Of a stretch of DNA of 64,000 nt, positions 38,495-49,155 are shown in pieces; the stretch's first letter is position 1, and each line of letters begins with the position of its first letter. Source of the stretch: Oculatellaceae cyanobacterium bins.114 (lineage in GTDB: Bacteria > Cyanobacteriota > Cyanobacteriia > Elainellales > Elainellaceae); NCBI GenBank assembly GCA_033764315.1, contig JANRJA010000011.1:1-64000 (forward strand). The letters are read 5' to 3'. A program made the translations under genes and the position numbers. The notes under the pieces are model-generated. The model was not told where the DNA came from. It made no database searches and saw only the letters and a program-made list of their open reading frames with translations.

Positions 38495-40438
38495 TTATTC
38501 TACAGCGGGTTCGGGAGAACGCTCGGACGACTCCACGGGAACAGATGGTGGGTCTTCGATCGCCATCGATGGGTGAAAGTAATCGTAGATTTGCTGCGCC
38601 ATCTTAGGCCCAATCCCCGATACCTCCGCAATCTGTTGAGGAGATGCCTCCCGCAGATAGTCAATCGAGCGGAAATGTGCCAACAGTTGTTTTTGGCGGG
38701 TATAGCCCAACCCTGGAATCTCTTCGAGGCGCGATCGCCGCATCCGATCGCTACGTTGTTGTCGGTGAAAACTAACCGCAAATCGGTGTGCCTCATCTCG
38801 CAGTCGTCGTAACAATTGCACGCCCGGTTGGTCTGCTTCGGTAGTCAGGGGCAACGATTCTCCCGGCAAAAAGATTTCTTCTCGCTGCTTTGCCAAACTA
38901 ACAACCTTGACATCCTCCATCAAATTCATCTCGCGTAAGACTTCGACCACTGCTGAGAGTTGTCCTTTCCCCCCATCAATCATCACCACATCGGGAAAAT
39001 CAGCATTGCCCACCCGCTGCAAATTTGGGTCTTGAGCATAGCGGCGAAAGCGACGTTGAATCACCTCTGCCATGCTGGCAAAGTCATCGGAGTGCCCCGA
39101 TCGCACCGTAGGATTTTTGATTTTGTAATGGCGATAGTGTTGCTTGGCAGGCAGTCCATCCACAAACACCACCTGAGAGGCAACGGCATCAGACCCTTGA
39201 ATGTGGGAGATGTCATAGCCTTCCAGTCGATGGGGCAGATCGGGCAAATCAAGGATTTCTGCCAGGTTGAGCATGGCTTGCTGGTTGCGATCGGCAAACC
39301 GTTGAGTTCGTGCCAGTTCATAGCCCGCATTGCGCTCTACCATGTCGATCAAGTCAGCTTTGGTTTGACGTTGCGGCACCACCACAGACACCTTGCGTCC
39401 CCGTCGTTCGGTCAAAAACTCTGAGAGAATGTCACCATCCGGTAGCTCATGTTGCACCAAAATCTCAGCGGGAATCTCAATCGAATCCACGGTTTGATAG
39501 TGCTCCTCAAGTGCCCGTTGCAAGATCGCTCCGGGCGTGCCAGATTGCGCGTCAGCCACAAATCCTAACCGCCCCACCAATCGCCCTGCCCGAATCTGAA
39601 AGAGTTGAATGCAGGCGTGTTGATCGTCGGCGGCAAGGGCGATCGCATCTCGTGAGAGGGTGTCATCTGGCAGCGATACCTTTTGGTCAGCACCGAGAGA
39701 CTGAATTCCCCGAATCTGATCGCGCACCCGAGCCGCATATTCAAAATTGAGATCTTCGGAGGCTTTTTCCATTTGTGCCACCAAAATTTCCTCAAGCTCT
39801 TGGGTACGCCCCTGAAAGATCATCGCCACTTTTTGCAAAATCTTGCGATAGTCTTCAGAGCTGATCAGTTTTTGGCAGACCCCCGGACAGCGACCCATGT
39901 CGTAGTTGAGACAAGGACGGTCCTTAAACAGAGGTTGAGGGCGTTGTCGCAGCGGAAAGACCCGCTTCACCAAATTCAACGTCCGGCGCAGCAACCCTAC
40001 ATCTACATAGGGGCCGTAATAGCGGTCTTTTTCTTTGCCTGCCCGTCGTTTGCGCGTGATAAAAATGCGGGGATAGTCTTCAGACCAGGTGATACAAAGA
40101 TAGGGATATTTTTTGTCATCTTTGAGCAGCACATTAAAGTGAGGCTGATGCTGCTTCACTAGATTGGCTTCAAGGGCTAGTGCTTCCGCTTCTGTATCGG
40201 TGACGATAAACTCAATTTCAGCGATCTGCATCACCATCAAAGCAATGCGGGGGTTGTGATCATGGTTATCGCGAAAATAGGAACGAACGCGCGATCGCAA
40301 ACTCTTGGACTTGCCAATGTAGAGAATGTTGTCGCTCACGTCGCGCATGAAATAAACTCCTGGCTCCTGGGGAATTTCTTTGAGGCGAGCTTCCAGGCGT
40401 TCAGGATCTTTAACTAGAGTTGAGGCGTTTGCAGTCAC
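38495..40438 (-). CDS. uvrC: Excinuclease ABC subunit C
   Basis: GIY-YIG (PGVY...YIGKSK), UVR, RNase H-like ([22 protein letters not shown]) and HhH domains. Confidence 0.98.
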   Translation of the reverse strand: MTANASTLVKDPERLEARLKEIPQEPGVYFMRDVSDNILYIGKSKSLRSRVRSYFRDNHDHNPRIALMVMQIAEIEFIVTDTEAEALALEANLVKQHQPHFNVLLKDDKKYPYLCITWSEDYPRIFITRKRRAGKEKDRYYGPYVDVGLLRRTLNLVKRVFPLRQRPQPLFKDRPCLNYDMGRCPGVCQKLISSEDYRKILQKVAMIFQGRTQELEEILVAQMEKASEDLNFEYAARVRDQIRGIQSLGADQKVSLPDDTLSRDAIALAADDQHACIQLFQIRAGRLVGRLGFVADAQSGTPGAILQRALEEHYQTVDSIEIPAEILVQHELPDGDILSEFLTERRGRKVSVVVPQRQTKADLIDMVERNAGYELARTQRFADRNQQAMLNLAEILDLPDLPHRLEGYDISHIQGSDAVASQVVFVDGLPAKQHYRHYKIKNPTVRSGHSDDFASMAEVIQRRFRRYAQDPNLQRVGNADFPDVVMIDGGKGQLSAVVEVLREMNLMEDVKVVSLAKQREEIFLPGESLPLTTEADQPGVQLLRRLRDEAHRFAVSFHRQQRSDRMRRSRLEEIPGLGYTRQKQLLAHFRSIDYLREASPQQIAEVSGIGPKMAQQIYDYFHPSMAIEDPPSVPVESSERSPEPAVE

Positions 40439-40544
40439 AGGCTAATCAGTCGCACCATTGCAGAGGTTCAGATGCATTTCACCCTTTTAGGATACTGTGT
40501 CTCGCACAAGTTGGGGGGAGCAATTGCCGAATCATTGGAGGGGT

Positions 40545-40886
40545 TTACTCATCCTCACAGAGCCGTTTCCAGTAAGATTGGGGGCGGTTTGCCCGCATTG
40601 ACCCCAGGTGCACCCGATAGCGTGGTTCGGCTGCATCTTTCACAGTGCGAATAAACCCCCGTTCTAACAGCCCATCAAAGGCAGTACGGATGGCGGATTC
40701 ATCCCCTGCACCCGTTTGGCTCAAGGAGGCGATCGCCGCTGCAAGGGTACTGTCAGGCTGCCGCTGCAACCAGTTGATTAACTGTCGCTCTAGGTCTGGC
40801 AACGCCAACACGTCCGCCATCGTGAAACCAACCTTGGGCGGGTTCACCAAATCTAATTGCTGACCATCTGGATTAGGTTCCAGCAT
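40545..40886 (-). CDS. Small hypothetical protein (possible winged helix), abutting the MinD-like gene
   Basis: ATG directly follows the upstream stop; GF.MADVL.LPD.ER.L.NWL.R...L...GFI pattern. Confidence 0.65.
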   Translation of the reverse strand: MLEPNPDGQQLDLVNPPKVGFTMADVLALPDLERQLINWLQRQPDSTLAAAIASLSQTGAGDESAIRTAFDGLLERGFIRTVKDAAEPRYRVHLGSMRANRPQSYWKRLCEDE

Positions 40887-41660
40887 TTAAGCTGTAATCT
40901 TAGCGACAACACCATCTAACAGTTTAGTAATGGGATGATCGGGATAGCAAAGACAGAAAATTTGACGACTTGCCAGTCGCATCATTTCGTCAGACTGCGG
41001 CAAAACAGCGGCAACAGGAACGTCGTAGGTTTTCTCCATCTCTTGGCGAATTTCGTTGAAGTCATAGTCGCTCAACACTTTATTCACCAATAAAACAATG
41101 CCAGGTACGTCTAACTCTTTGGCCACCTTAACGGTTAAAGCCGTACCCTGATAGTCTTGATAGTCAGGTCGGAGAATCACAATCAACAGTTGAGAGATGC
41201 CAATCGAGAGCAAGGTTTCTTCGTTGATGCCGGGATGGGTGTCAATCAACAAATAATCCAGGTTCAATTTCTGACAGAGTTGACTATATCCACTAGTCAA
41301 CAACCCCACATCATAGCCCTCACTCAACACAGTGGTAATTTCATTGACCTTCATACTAGAGGGAATCAGGTAGATTTTGCCCCCACTGGCGGCAACTCGA
41401 TCTGCACCATCGATCAGAGTGGGACTCACATCAAACGCAGCTTCCTCAACCGAGCAACGCCCTAAGAGGTAATCATTCAACGTATATTTCACTTTCTTGA
41501 CATCTAAGCCAAATAGAACGTGAATTCCAGGAGATTGGATGTCAGTATCGATCACCCCAACTCGATAACCTTGAACTGCCAGCCTGCCTGACAAGTTAGC
41601 TACTAAGTTTGATTTCCCTGTACCACCCCTAAATGAGTGAACAGACACAATTTTCCCCAT
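40887..41660 (-). CDS. MinD/ParA-family ATPase (not the division MinD)
   Basis: Deviant Walker A SFRGGTGKS, DTDIQSPG, IDTHPG; no minC or minE nearby. Confidence 0.88.
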   Translation of the reverse strand: MGKIVSVHSFRGGTGKSNLVANLSGRLAVQGYRVGVIDTDIQSPGIHVLFGLDVKKVKYTLNDYLLGRCSVEEAAFDVSPTLIDGADRVAASGGKIYLIPSSMKVNEITTVLSEGYDVGLLTSGYSQLCQKLNLDYLLIDTHPGINEETLLSIGISQLLIVILRPDYQDYQGTALTVKVAKELDVPGIVLLVNKVLSDYDFNEIRQEMEKTYDVPVAAVLPQSDEMMRLASRQIFCLCYPDHPITKLLDGVVAKITA

Positions 41661-42145
41661 AGTTTAATCGCGATGATGGTAATCAGTTCACGCTTGCACT
41701 AATGCACCCATACGAGCGAACTCATGCGTGAACACTAACAAGAACCCTCAGGTATAATATCGCAGTAGTTGATTAGAATGTGGTTTTAGAGCGACTCACA
41801 TTATTTTCGCTTCAAGAGGATTAATAGAATTACAGGTGATGGTGGCTGCCTCGTAAGAGTGATGATATTGGTAGAAGAAAAGCGTGCGGAATGTCAAATT
41901 AAACGCCGTGACACGTCTCCTAGATACATGCTTGTGTTGCTCACACAACAGCACTGGGTTTAAGTGCATGAAGTAGCCAGGTGAAATTAAAGGAATACCA
42001 ATTTGAGTTAGGGTTGTTGCAGGTGTGTGAAAACCAGGCATTAACCCCCATTGGGGGACGCCACTGCCTCCCCAATGGATTGAGCTTGGCAGAGCCAAAG
42101 CCCCCTAGCAGAAGGTGTTTGGGTTCACCCAAAGACGAGTTGCTT

Positions 42146-44386
42146 TTAAGAGAGTAAATTTTTAATTTCTTTTTGAGATTGAGCCAACCGATGAGCTAAT
42201 AAGGCAATGATAAAGTCTTGGAACGTGGAAGCTGTTTTGGGATCATTTTGTTGCATCTGCTGAAACCGATCGGCAGAGAGACGATAGAGAATCGTGGACT
42301 GATCGGCGATCGCCGAGCTTTCGTGTGGGGTGCGTGTGTAAAAAGCAATCTCACCCACAATGGTGCCTGCCCCTAGCGTTTGCAAACGAACAGTTTGGTT
42401 ATTTCTCAGTTCGATCAGAGTGCTTACCTGACCCGACTCGACAAAATAGAGGGAATCAGCATCGGTGTGTTGCCGAAACAACCAGTCTCCAGTTGCCAGT
42501 TGCGATCGCTCTAAATATTTGGTGAAGGGTGCCACTTGATCAGGATCTGAGAACACCCGTTGCAGTTGCAGCGTCAACGGCATAAACCGTCCCCGTTTCC
42601 ACGTCACCGTTTCTAAAATCTGCCCCTCACACCACTCCATACCTCGATCTAAATCAGCAAACACTAGACAGATTGGGTCATCGTCCTCCAGACATCCTCC
42701 CTGCCGCAACATTTTTTCGGCACGACGGTGCAGGTGAGTAAAGACCAGTCGCAACGATTGCTTGCGTGCCAGTTGTTTGAGTTTGACAAAGCTCAACACC
42801 GCTGAGGAATCCAGACCACTCACAAGGCGAAAGTCGAGCACGACAAAATGCAAAGGTTCCAGGTCAGGCTCCATGAGTCGCTGACGAATCTGGTCTAGTA
42901 CGCGATTGGCCGTGCCAAAAAAAATAAATCCCTGCAACTCCAAAATATAAACCTGATCCCCTTTTTCACGAATCAAGTTTTCCTGGTGTTGCGGACGCAA
43001 AACGTGGCTGGTGTAGCTAGAACCAGACAACACATGTTTGGCAATTCTAGTTTGGCTGTAGTTGAGCACAAACAGAACGATCGTGGCAATCAGCCCTACC
43101 CCGACCCCTTCTAAAAAGCCCACACCTCCAATAAAAACTAAAATTAGCACGACCACGCCATAGTCAGCTCTGGGCAATGTAAACCAGGCATCATAGAGCC
43201 ATTCTTGCAAGAGGCACAGACCCAAAAATAGCAGCAATCCCCCAATGACAGGCTTGGGTAGATATGCTACAAAAAATGGCCCCAAAATTAGTGCCACCAC
43301 AAATACAAGGGCAGCCACAATTCCTGTGAGGCGGTTTTTACCACCCATTTTGTAGACCAGCACTGAGCTGCTGAGGGAATGGGTGCCAGGCAGACCCCCG
43401 CTCAACCCCGACACTAAATTAGCGATTCCCGCAGATTTCAACTCACGGTTGAGGTCAATGTCGCGGTCAGTCGCCAACTCGATGGCACTAGAATTTAACA
43501 GCAGCGAAAAACTGGTGAGCACCACAACCACCCCCATGCTGCCCAGTTGATCGGCGATCGCCCCCCCATTCATCTGCGGCAGAGCCGTGAGGGTAATGGG
43601 ACTCCACATGCCCCCTCCAGTCGTCACATTGGTGAGGAACCACCCCTTGGCAGCGGCAGTAGCGATCGACGTTTGAGTCATAGCCAACATGCCAAAAAAT
43701 AAGGCGATCGCCCCCAAACAAAGCCCTGGCAGCACCCAAAAATGAGTATAGCGACGCGAGATTAGCAGCAGGGCGATCGCAAACCCCAAACCCGACAACC
43801 AATGCAGCAGCACATCCCCAGAAAATAACGCGGATAATGGTGCCCCGTCTGCCAGCATGTGAAATGCGCCCTTAAACAGCAGCCAACCTGAGCCTGCCAA
43901 AAAACCACCCACCACGGGATAAGGAATGAAGCGAATCAGTTCGCCGACCTTGAGCCAACCCAAAACCAACAAAAACGCACCCGTCAAAATCGAGGTCAAA
44001 GCGATCGCCCCTACAACTGTGACCAAAATTTCTTCAGAGGTGGCCGTGCCCACCATCCGGTTCTCAATCGAAGCCGCAATCAGTGCCAAAATTGCAATTT
44101 GCTCTGGCTGAGGATTGGAAATCACCCCCGGATAGGAACTAGTAAAAGCAACGATCAGGCGGATGAGGACATTGCTGATGAGCACTATACCCACGCCAAG
44201 AGCAATTTGGTTGGATAATCCCCCTGAAAAAATTAATGCTGCTAACGAGATGGCTTTAAGCAGTGAAATTAACCCTGACATCAGCCCTGCACTCAGTTCT
44301 GGCAACCACTGGTTAAGCCACGTTGCTTTGACGGGTTGTTGCTCTGGTGATGAGGGGGTTGACTCAGCTGGCGATCGCGATTGCAT
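42146..44386 (-). CDS. SulP/SLC26 anion transporter with STAS and cNMP-binding domains
   Basis: RFIPYPVVGGF.AG, N.EL...G.AN, LQGFIFFGTA, LDSSA, cNMP domain VGEIAF. Confidence 0.92.
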   Translation of the reverse strand: MQSRSPAESTPSSPEQQPVKATWLNQWLPELSAGLMSGLISLLKAISLAALIFSGGLSNQIALGVGIVLISNVLIRLIVAFTSSYPGVISNPQPEQIAILALIAASIENRMVGTATSEEILVTVVGAIALTSILTGAFLLVLGWLKVGELIRFIPYPVVGGFLAGSGWLLFKGAFHMLADGAPLSALFSGDVLLHWLSGLGFAIALLLISRRYTHFWVLPGLCLGAIALFFGMLAMTQTSIATAAAKGWFLTNVTTGGGMWSPITLTALPQMNGGAIADQLGSMGVVVVLTSFSLLLNSSAIELATDRDIDLNRELKSAGIANLVSGLSGGLPGTHSLSSSVLVYKMGGKNRLTGIVAALVFVVALILGPFFVAYLPKPVIGGLLLFLGLCLLQEWLYDAWFTLPRADYGVVVLILVFIGGVGFLEGVGVGLIATIVLFVLNYSQTRIAKHVLSGSSYTSHVLRPQHQENLIREKGDQVYILELQGFIFFGTANRVLDQIRQRLMEPDLEPLHFVVLDFRLVSGLDSSAVLSFVKLKQLARKQSLRLVFTHLHRRAEKMLRQGGCLEDDDPICLVFADLDRGMEWCEGQILETVTWKRGRFMPLTLQLQRVFSDPDQVAPFTKYLERSQLATGDWLFRQHTDADSLYFVESGQVSTLIELRNNQTVRLQTLGAGTIVGEIAFYTRTPHESSAIADQSTILYRLSADRFQQMQQNDPKTASTFQDFIIALLAHRLAQSQKEIKNLLS

Positions 44387-44454
44387 GACTAGCAGCGTAA
44401 AATACGTTTCGACTTCTTAATATATAGAACTCTATGTTTAAGTTTAGGTTTTCC

Positions 44455-46674
44455 TTATGACAAGAGGTTCTCAATCTCTTGATAAGCCTGATCTAGACGG
44501 GTAGCTAATAGCGCAATCATAAACTCTTGAAAAGCAGTTGCAATCTGGGGATCAGTCTGTCGCATTTGTTGTAGCCGTTCTATAGAGAGACTATAGACAA
44601 TCGTGGACTGATCGGCGATCGCGGAGGTGCGATAGGGGCTTTGAGTATGAAAGGCAATCTCACCCACGGTCGTACCGACTCCCAATGTTTGCAGTCTGAC
44701 GGTTTGTTGATCATGCCGTTCTAATAAAGTGCTGATCTGCCCTGATTCCACAAAATATAGGGCTTCAGGTTTTGCCCCCTGGCGAAATAACCAGTCTCCG
44801 CTCGCCAGTTGCGATCGCTCCAAATATTTCGTAAAAGGTGCCACCTGATCAGGGTCTGAAAACACCCGCTGCAATTGCAACGTCAACGGCATAAATCGTC
44901 CTCGTCGCCAGGTGACAGACTCTAAAATCTGTCCCTCACACCACTCCATACCCCGATCGAGATCGGTAAATATCAGACAAAGGGTGTCGTTTTCCTCCAG
45001 GCAGCCACCCTGTCGCAATAACGTCTCCGTCAGCGGTTGCAGATGCGTAAACACCAGGCGCAACGCTTGCTTGCGTGCCAATTGTTTGAGTTTGACAAAG
45101 CTCAACACCGCTGAAGAATCTAAGCCACTGACCAAACGAAAGTCGAGCACCACCAAACGCAAGGGTTCTAGTGACAGATCAGAGAGCCGTTGACGAATCT
45201 GATTGAGCAGACGATTGGCCGTGCCAAAAAAAATAAATCCCTGTAACTCCAGAATGAGAATCTGGTTGCCGCGTTGACTGAGGAGTTGTTCTTGATGGCG
45301 GGGGCGATCGACATGGCTGCGATAAGTGACGCCTGACAGCACGTGTCGGGTGACGCTCGTGCGGCTGTAGTTGACGATAAACAGGGCGATCGCGGCTATT
45401 AGCCCTACCCCAACGCCTTGAAACAATCCTAAAAATCCAATCACCGCTAAAATCAGCAGCATCACAATATAGTCTGAGCGAAGCATCTTAGCAGCAGAGT
45501 CATACACCCATTCCACCAACAACGATAGCCCCAGAAATAGGAGCAGTCCCCCCAATACCACCTTGGGAAAGTAGGACAGCAAGGATGCTCCCATCAACAG
45601 CACGATCGCACATATCACCGCTGAGATGATGCTGATCGAGCGGTCTCTGCCCCCCATGCGATAGACCAACATGGAGTCTACCAAGGTGTGATAGCCAACC
45701 AACCCAGCACCGATACCAGACACCAAATTAGCCAATCCAGCCGCTTGCAATTCCTGGTTCAAATTGATCTCACTTTCAGTCACCAGTTCTAAACTCGTAG
45801 CCGTCAACAAAATCAAGATTGGGCTGATCAACATCACCGTCAGCATGTTGCCTATCTGTGAGGTCAAAACAGTCCAATTGACTTGACCCAATTGAGTAAG
45901 ACGCAGAGGTTGCCACAAATTGTTTTCAGAAAAACTGCCCAAGAGCCAACCCGCCGCTCTGGCTTCAGCCATCGATGTCTGGGTCACAAACAGAGCCAGA
46001 TAAAATATCCCGATCGCTGAGAAGATACTAATCGGCAACACCCAGGGGCGATCGCTGCGTCGTGAAATAATCAATAGGGCGATCGCAAATCCAACTCCTG
46101 GCAACCAATACAACAGGCGATCGGGTTGCAATAACGTTCCCAGATTGGCCACACTCAGCGGTATATCGGTCATCACTTGAATGGCTCCGTGAGCAATCAG
46201 CCAGCCAGTGCCAGCAATAAACCCACCAATCACGGGATAGGGGATAAACCGCACCAGTTCACCGACTTTTAATGACCCTAAAACGAATAAAAACCCTCCT
46301 GTCAGGAGAGTTGTGAGGGCAATCATCAGCAAAATTGTAATTAAGACAACTTCTGGTGCTGCCCCCTCCAAACTTTGCTGAATCGACATTGCACTTAGGG
46401 CGATCACCGCTGATGGCAAGGGATCGATATCGGCAATCACCACGGGCAATGAACTGGTTAGTGCCACGACAATCCGCAAGGCGATCGCACTAAACAAAGC
46501 CATGCCAACTCCGATCGAAACATACTGCGATAACTCTCCAGCAAAAATGAGTGCGACCAGAGAGATCGAAAACATAATCCCGATTACGCTGCTAACAAGA
46601 CTCACCACGACGTTGAGCAGTAACCGTCGCCCATCTATTTTCGTTAGCAATTGCAGTCCCCTCTGCTTCGCCAT
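44455..46674 (-). CDS. SulP/SLC26-STAS-cNMP transporter, tandem paralog
   Basis: Same motifs as 42146-44386; start placed at the ATG at 46674 with an upstream AGGGGG. Confidence 0.92.
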   Translation of the reverse strand: MAKQRGLQLLTKIDGRRLLLNVVVSLVSSVIGIMFSISLVALIFAGELSQYVSIGVGMALFSAIALRIVVALTSSLPVVIADIDPLPSAVIALSAMSIQQSLEGAAPEVVLITILLMIALTTLLTGGFLFVLGSLKVGELVRFIPYPVIGGFIAGTGWLIAHGAIQVMTDIPLSVANLGTLLQPDRLLYWLPGVGFAIALLIISRRSDRPWVLPISIFSAIGIFYLALFVTQTSMAEARAAGWLLGSFSENNLWQPLRLTQLGQVNWTVLTSQIGNMLTVMLISPILILLTATSLELVTESEINLNQELQAAGLANLVSGIGAGLVGYHTLVDSMLVYRMGGRDRSISIISAVICAIVLLMGASLLSYFPKVVLGGLLLFLGLSLLVEWVYDSAAKMLRSDYIVMLLILAVIGFLGLFQGVGVGLIAAIALFIVNYSRTSVTRHVLSGVTYRSHVDRPRHQEQLLSQRGNQILILELQGFIFFGTANRLLNQIRQRLSDLSLEPLRLVVLDFRLVSGLDSSAVLSFVKLKQLARKQALRLVFTHLQPLTETLLRQGGCLEENDTLCLIFTDLDRGMEWCEGQILESVTWRRGRFMPLTLQLQRVFSDPDQVAPFTKYLERSQLASGDWLFRQGAKPEALYFVESGQISTLLERHDQQTVRLQTLGVGTTVGEIAFHTQSPYRTSAIADQSTIVYSLSIERLQQMRQTDPQIATAFQEFMIALLATRLDQAYQEIENLLS

Positions 46675-46916
46675 GCGATCGCCCCCCTTGCATCTCATTT
46701 AGATATACGAGCGATAACGAGCATCTAAGCACGAAGCACTTGAAAAGAAAAGCAGTGTTAATGGTTAATCGCGCGATGAGTCAGCAATCCTCATGTTAAA
46801 AACAAGCTCGTTCGATTTTCGCGCGATCGCCACTGCACAAGTGCAAGCAAATTCTCATCATCAAAACGGCTACTTTTAGCTACTTTTAATTGTTTACTCT
46901 TTATTATTTCCCTCTC

Positions 46917-46975
46917 GGTAGTCCTCTAAAAGTAATGATTTTTGAGCAAGGATATGCTGCGTGTTTAGGACTACC
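46917..46975. mobile_element. Short MITE-like element (GGTAGTCC...GGACTACC), internally deleted relative of 54579-54659
   Basis: Terminal inverted repeat; flanked by TCCCTCTC and TTCCTCTC. Confidence 0.6.
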
Positions 46976-46983
46976 TTCCTCTC

Positions 46984-47076
46984 TATAGCAGTCCTAAATC
47001 ATTTGTGAAATTAGGAGGTTGTGAGAGTCGGACCCCTGAGGGGTGCGCCTCTCACAAACCATTTAGGATTGCTATA
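46984..47076. mobile_element. MITE-like element with 25-bp imperfect terminal inverted repeats
   Basis: TATAGCAGTCCTAAATCATTTGTGA ... TCACAAACCATTTAGGATTGCTATA; a degenerate right arm also occurs at about 201-236. Confidence 0.7.
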
Positions 47077-47251
47077 TCTCCGTCTATTTGTTTTCTATCC
47101 TTTTCCCTGATCAATCAATTTATTTTTCTCTCTATTTTTTGCTGTTCCTCTCCCCAATCGGGTGAAGCCACTATTTAGGTGCAGGGGTTAAACCAGAACA
47201 ACAATCCCGCGTGAACTGCAAACAGTACAGTAAACAGCACAGCAAACAGCA

Positions 47252-48544
47252 ATGACAACCTTTCCCCTCACAACCTTTTCTGGTTCGCCATTGGATGACA
47301 TCTACACAGGTGGCAGTGAAAATAATCAGATTTTTGGTCAAGCCGGAAACGATGTATTGAATGGGGGAGGGGGCAATGACACCATCTTTGGCGATGAGGG
47401 CAATGATTGGCTCAGTGGAGGATCTGGCAATGACACGCTGGTGGGGGGTGCGGGCAGCGATGTCTTGGCCGGGGGCGACGGCGACGACGTCTATGGGGTT
47501 GACAATAGCGACACCATTGACGAGACAGGTACAGGTCGAGACACGGTCTTATCTTCGACCTATAGTTGGCAGTTGGGCAGTCACTTAGAAGACCTGGTGC
47601 TAGTTGAAAACAGTTCAGCCGATGTTGGCATTGGCAACAGCCTCAACAATCGCATCTTGGGTAATCGGGGTAGCAATGCTCTGTATGGCATAAATGGCAA
47701 TGACGTGTTGGTGGGGGCAGGGGGCAATGATGTCTTAGAAGGAGGAACAGGAAGCGATCGCTTTGATTTTCTTGATCCGGCGATCGACGGAGTTGACCAG
47801 ATCATCGATTTCACCGTCATTGATGACACCATCGGCATTGTCCTTGATTTCACAGGCACAGGCTCAGCGTTTGCCAATGCCGGGTTGACTCCCAATGCCA
47901 CTCTCACCGTTGAGCAATTTCATCAGGGAGGAACGGCTCTCAACAGAGGCACTCGCTTTATCTATAACCCCATCACAGGCTCACTCTGGTTTGATATCGA
48001 TGGCACAGGAGCCACACCCCAAGTGCAACTTGCCACCCTTTCAACCGGGTTACAACTGACTCATCGTGATTTCTTTGCTTTTACAGGCACTCCCGCTAGC
48101 GGCAACCCGCTTCCACCCCCCGATGACAGCCGACCCAAACTTCGCATTGGCACCCGTGGCAACGATCGCCTCGAAGGGGGCAGTGGCAATGACAAACTCT
48201 TGGGGTTAGAGGGACACGATATTTTGGTGGGCAAAGACGGCAGCGATCGCATAGAGGGGGGTGATGGAGCCGACCGGATCTATGGTGGCACTGGCAACAA
48301 CAAACTCATTGGCGGCAGAGGACGCGATATCTTTGCGCTAGAACCGGGAGCAGGCAGAAGCCTAATTTTAGACTTTGGCGATCGCAGCGATCGGTTAGGT
48401 ATCTCGCGCACTGTGGATTGGCGCAACCTCACGATTTCTCAACAGGGTCAACATACCCGTATCAGTCTTGGGAGTGATCTCTTAGCGATTCTCTATAGGG
48501 TTCACCCTTACCAGATCGCGATCGCCGACTTTGTCCAGATTTGA
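47252..48544 (+). CDS. RTX/hemolysin-type calcium-binding repeat protein
   Basis: Multiple GGxGND nonapeptides; D.I.DF....D.I; FIYN..TG.L.FD.DG.G. Confidence 0.9.
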   Translation: MTTFPLTTFSGSPLDDIYTGGSENNQIFGQAGNDVLNGGGGNDTIFGDEGNDWLSGGSGNDTLVGGAGSDVLAGGDGDDVYGVDNSDTIDETGTGRDTVLSSTYSWQLGSHLEDLVLVENSSADVGIGNSLNNRILGNRGSNALYGINGNDVLVGAGGNDVLEGGTGSDRFDFLDPAIDGVDQIIDFTVIDDTIGIVLDFTGTGSAFANAGLTPNATLTVEQFHQGGTALNRGTRFIYNPITGSLWFDIDGTGATPQVQLATLSTGLQLTHRDFFAFTGTPASGNPLPPPDDSRPKLRIGTRGNDRLEGGSGNDKLLGLEGHDILVGKDGSDRIEGGDGADRIYGGTGNNKLIGGRGRDIFALEPGAGRSLILDFGDRSDRLGISRTVDWRNLTISQQGQHTRISLGSDLLAILYRVHPYQIAIADFVQI

Positions 48545-48608
48545 TCTCATCTGTCGTTAATGCAGCTCTGGACAATCTTGTGTCATCTCTATCCTCAAAC
48601 CCGATCGA

Positions 48609-48860
48609 CTAATAGGGACTATCCCATTCCTCAATGAGTTGTGCCATATCTCCCTGATAGTTCTGATTGATTTGAGTTGCTTTTTCATGCAACCGAGCCG
48701 GAACATATCGCAAATGCACAGGCAACCCATGCAATAAGAGAAATTCTGCTAATTGATCAGCATGAACATAAATGCCGTCTTTATGGAGTCGTTGCAACAT
48801 CTGTTCAAACGATACCCACCCCTCATTCTGCGTTGGCAGTTTATGAGCAACAGAGGACAT
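48609..48860 (-). CDS. Conserved cyanobacterial hypothetical protein (start uncertain)
   Basis: L...GIY.H..QLAEF.L.HGLPV.L.YVP pattern. Confidence 0.6.
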   Translation of the reverse strand: MSSVAHKLPTQNEGWVSFEQMLQRLHKDGIYVHADQLAEFLLLHGLPVHLRYVPARLHEKATQINQNYQGDMAQLIEEWDSPY

Positions 48861-49155
48861 TTCATCCAGCACCTGGAATGGTCTCAAATTAGACTGAAAA
48901 GTATTCACATTCATGAGTCTAGAATTGTGATCTTTAGAATAGCAGGTGCAAGAAGTATTAAAAATGGTTTAAGAATATAAATCTGACCCAGCTCCTCCAT
49001 ACAGCACAATTCCGGGGCAGGGGCTTCGTTGGGGCTCCCAAAACCCCCTGGTTTTATTTCCGAACCCTATCTGTGAAGAACAGTACTTAGAATAGTAAAG
49101 ATAGGTAAACGAGTCGTTTGCTACAGTCCCGTCTCCTTGTGGTGCCCTGGAACCT

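Noticed and set aside
40887-41660. Cell-division minD or plasmid parA
   Set aside because: No minC/minE or parB, deviant motif, chromosomal housekeeping context
41796-42132. ORFs 41796-42098 and 41941-42132
   Set aside because: Non-ATG starts, run through palindromic DNA, no recognisable motifs
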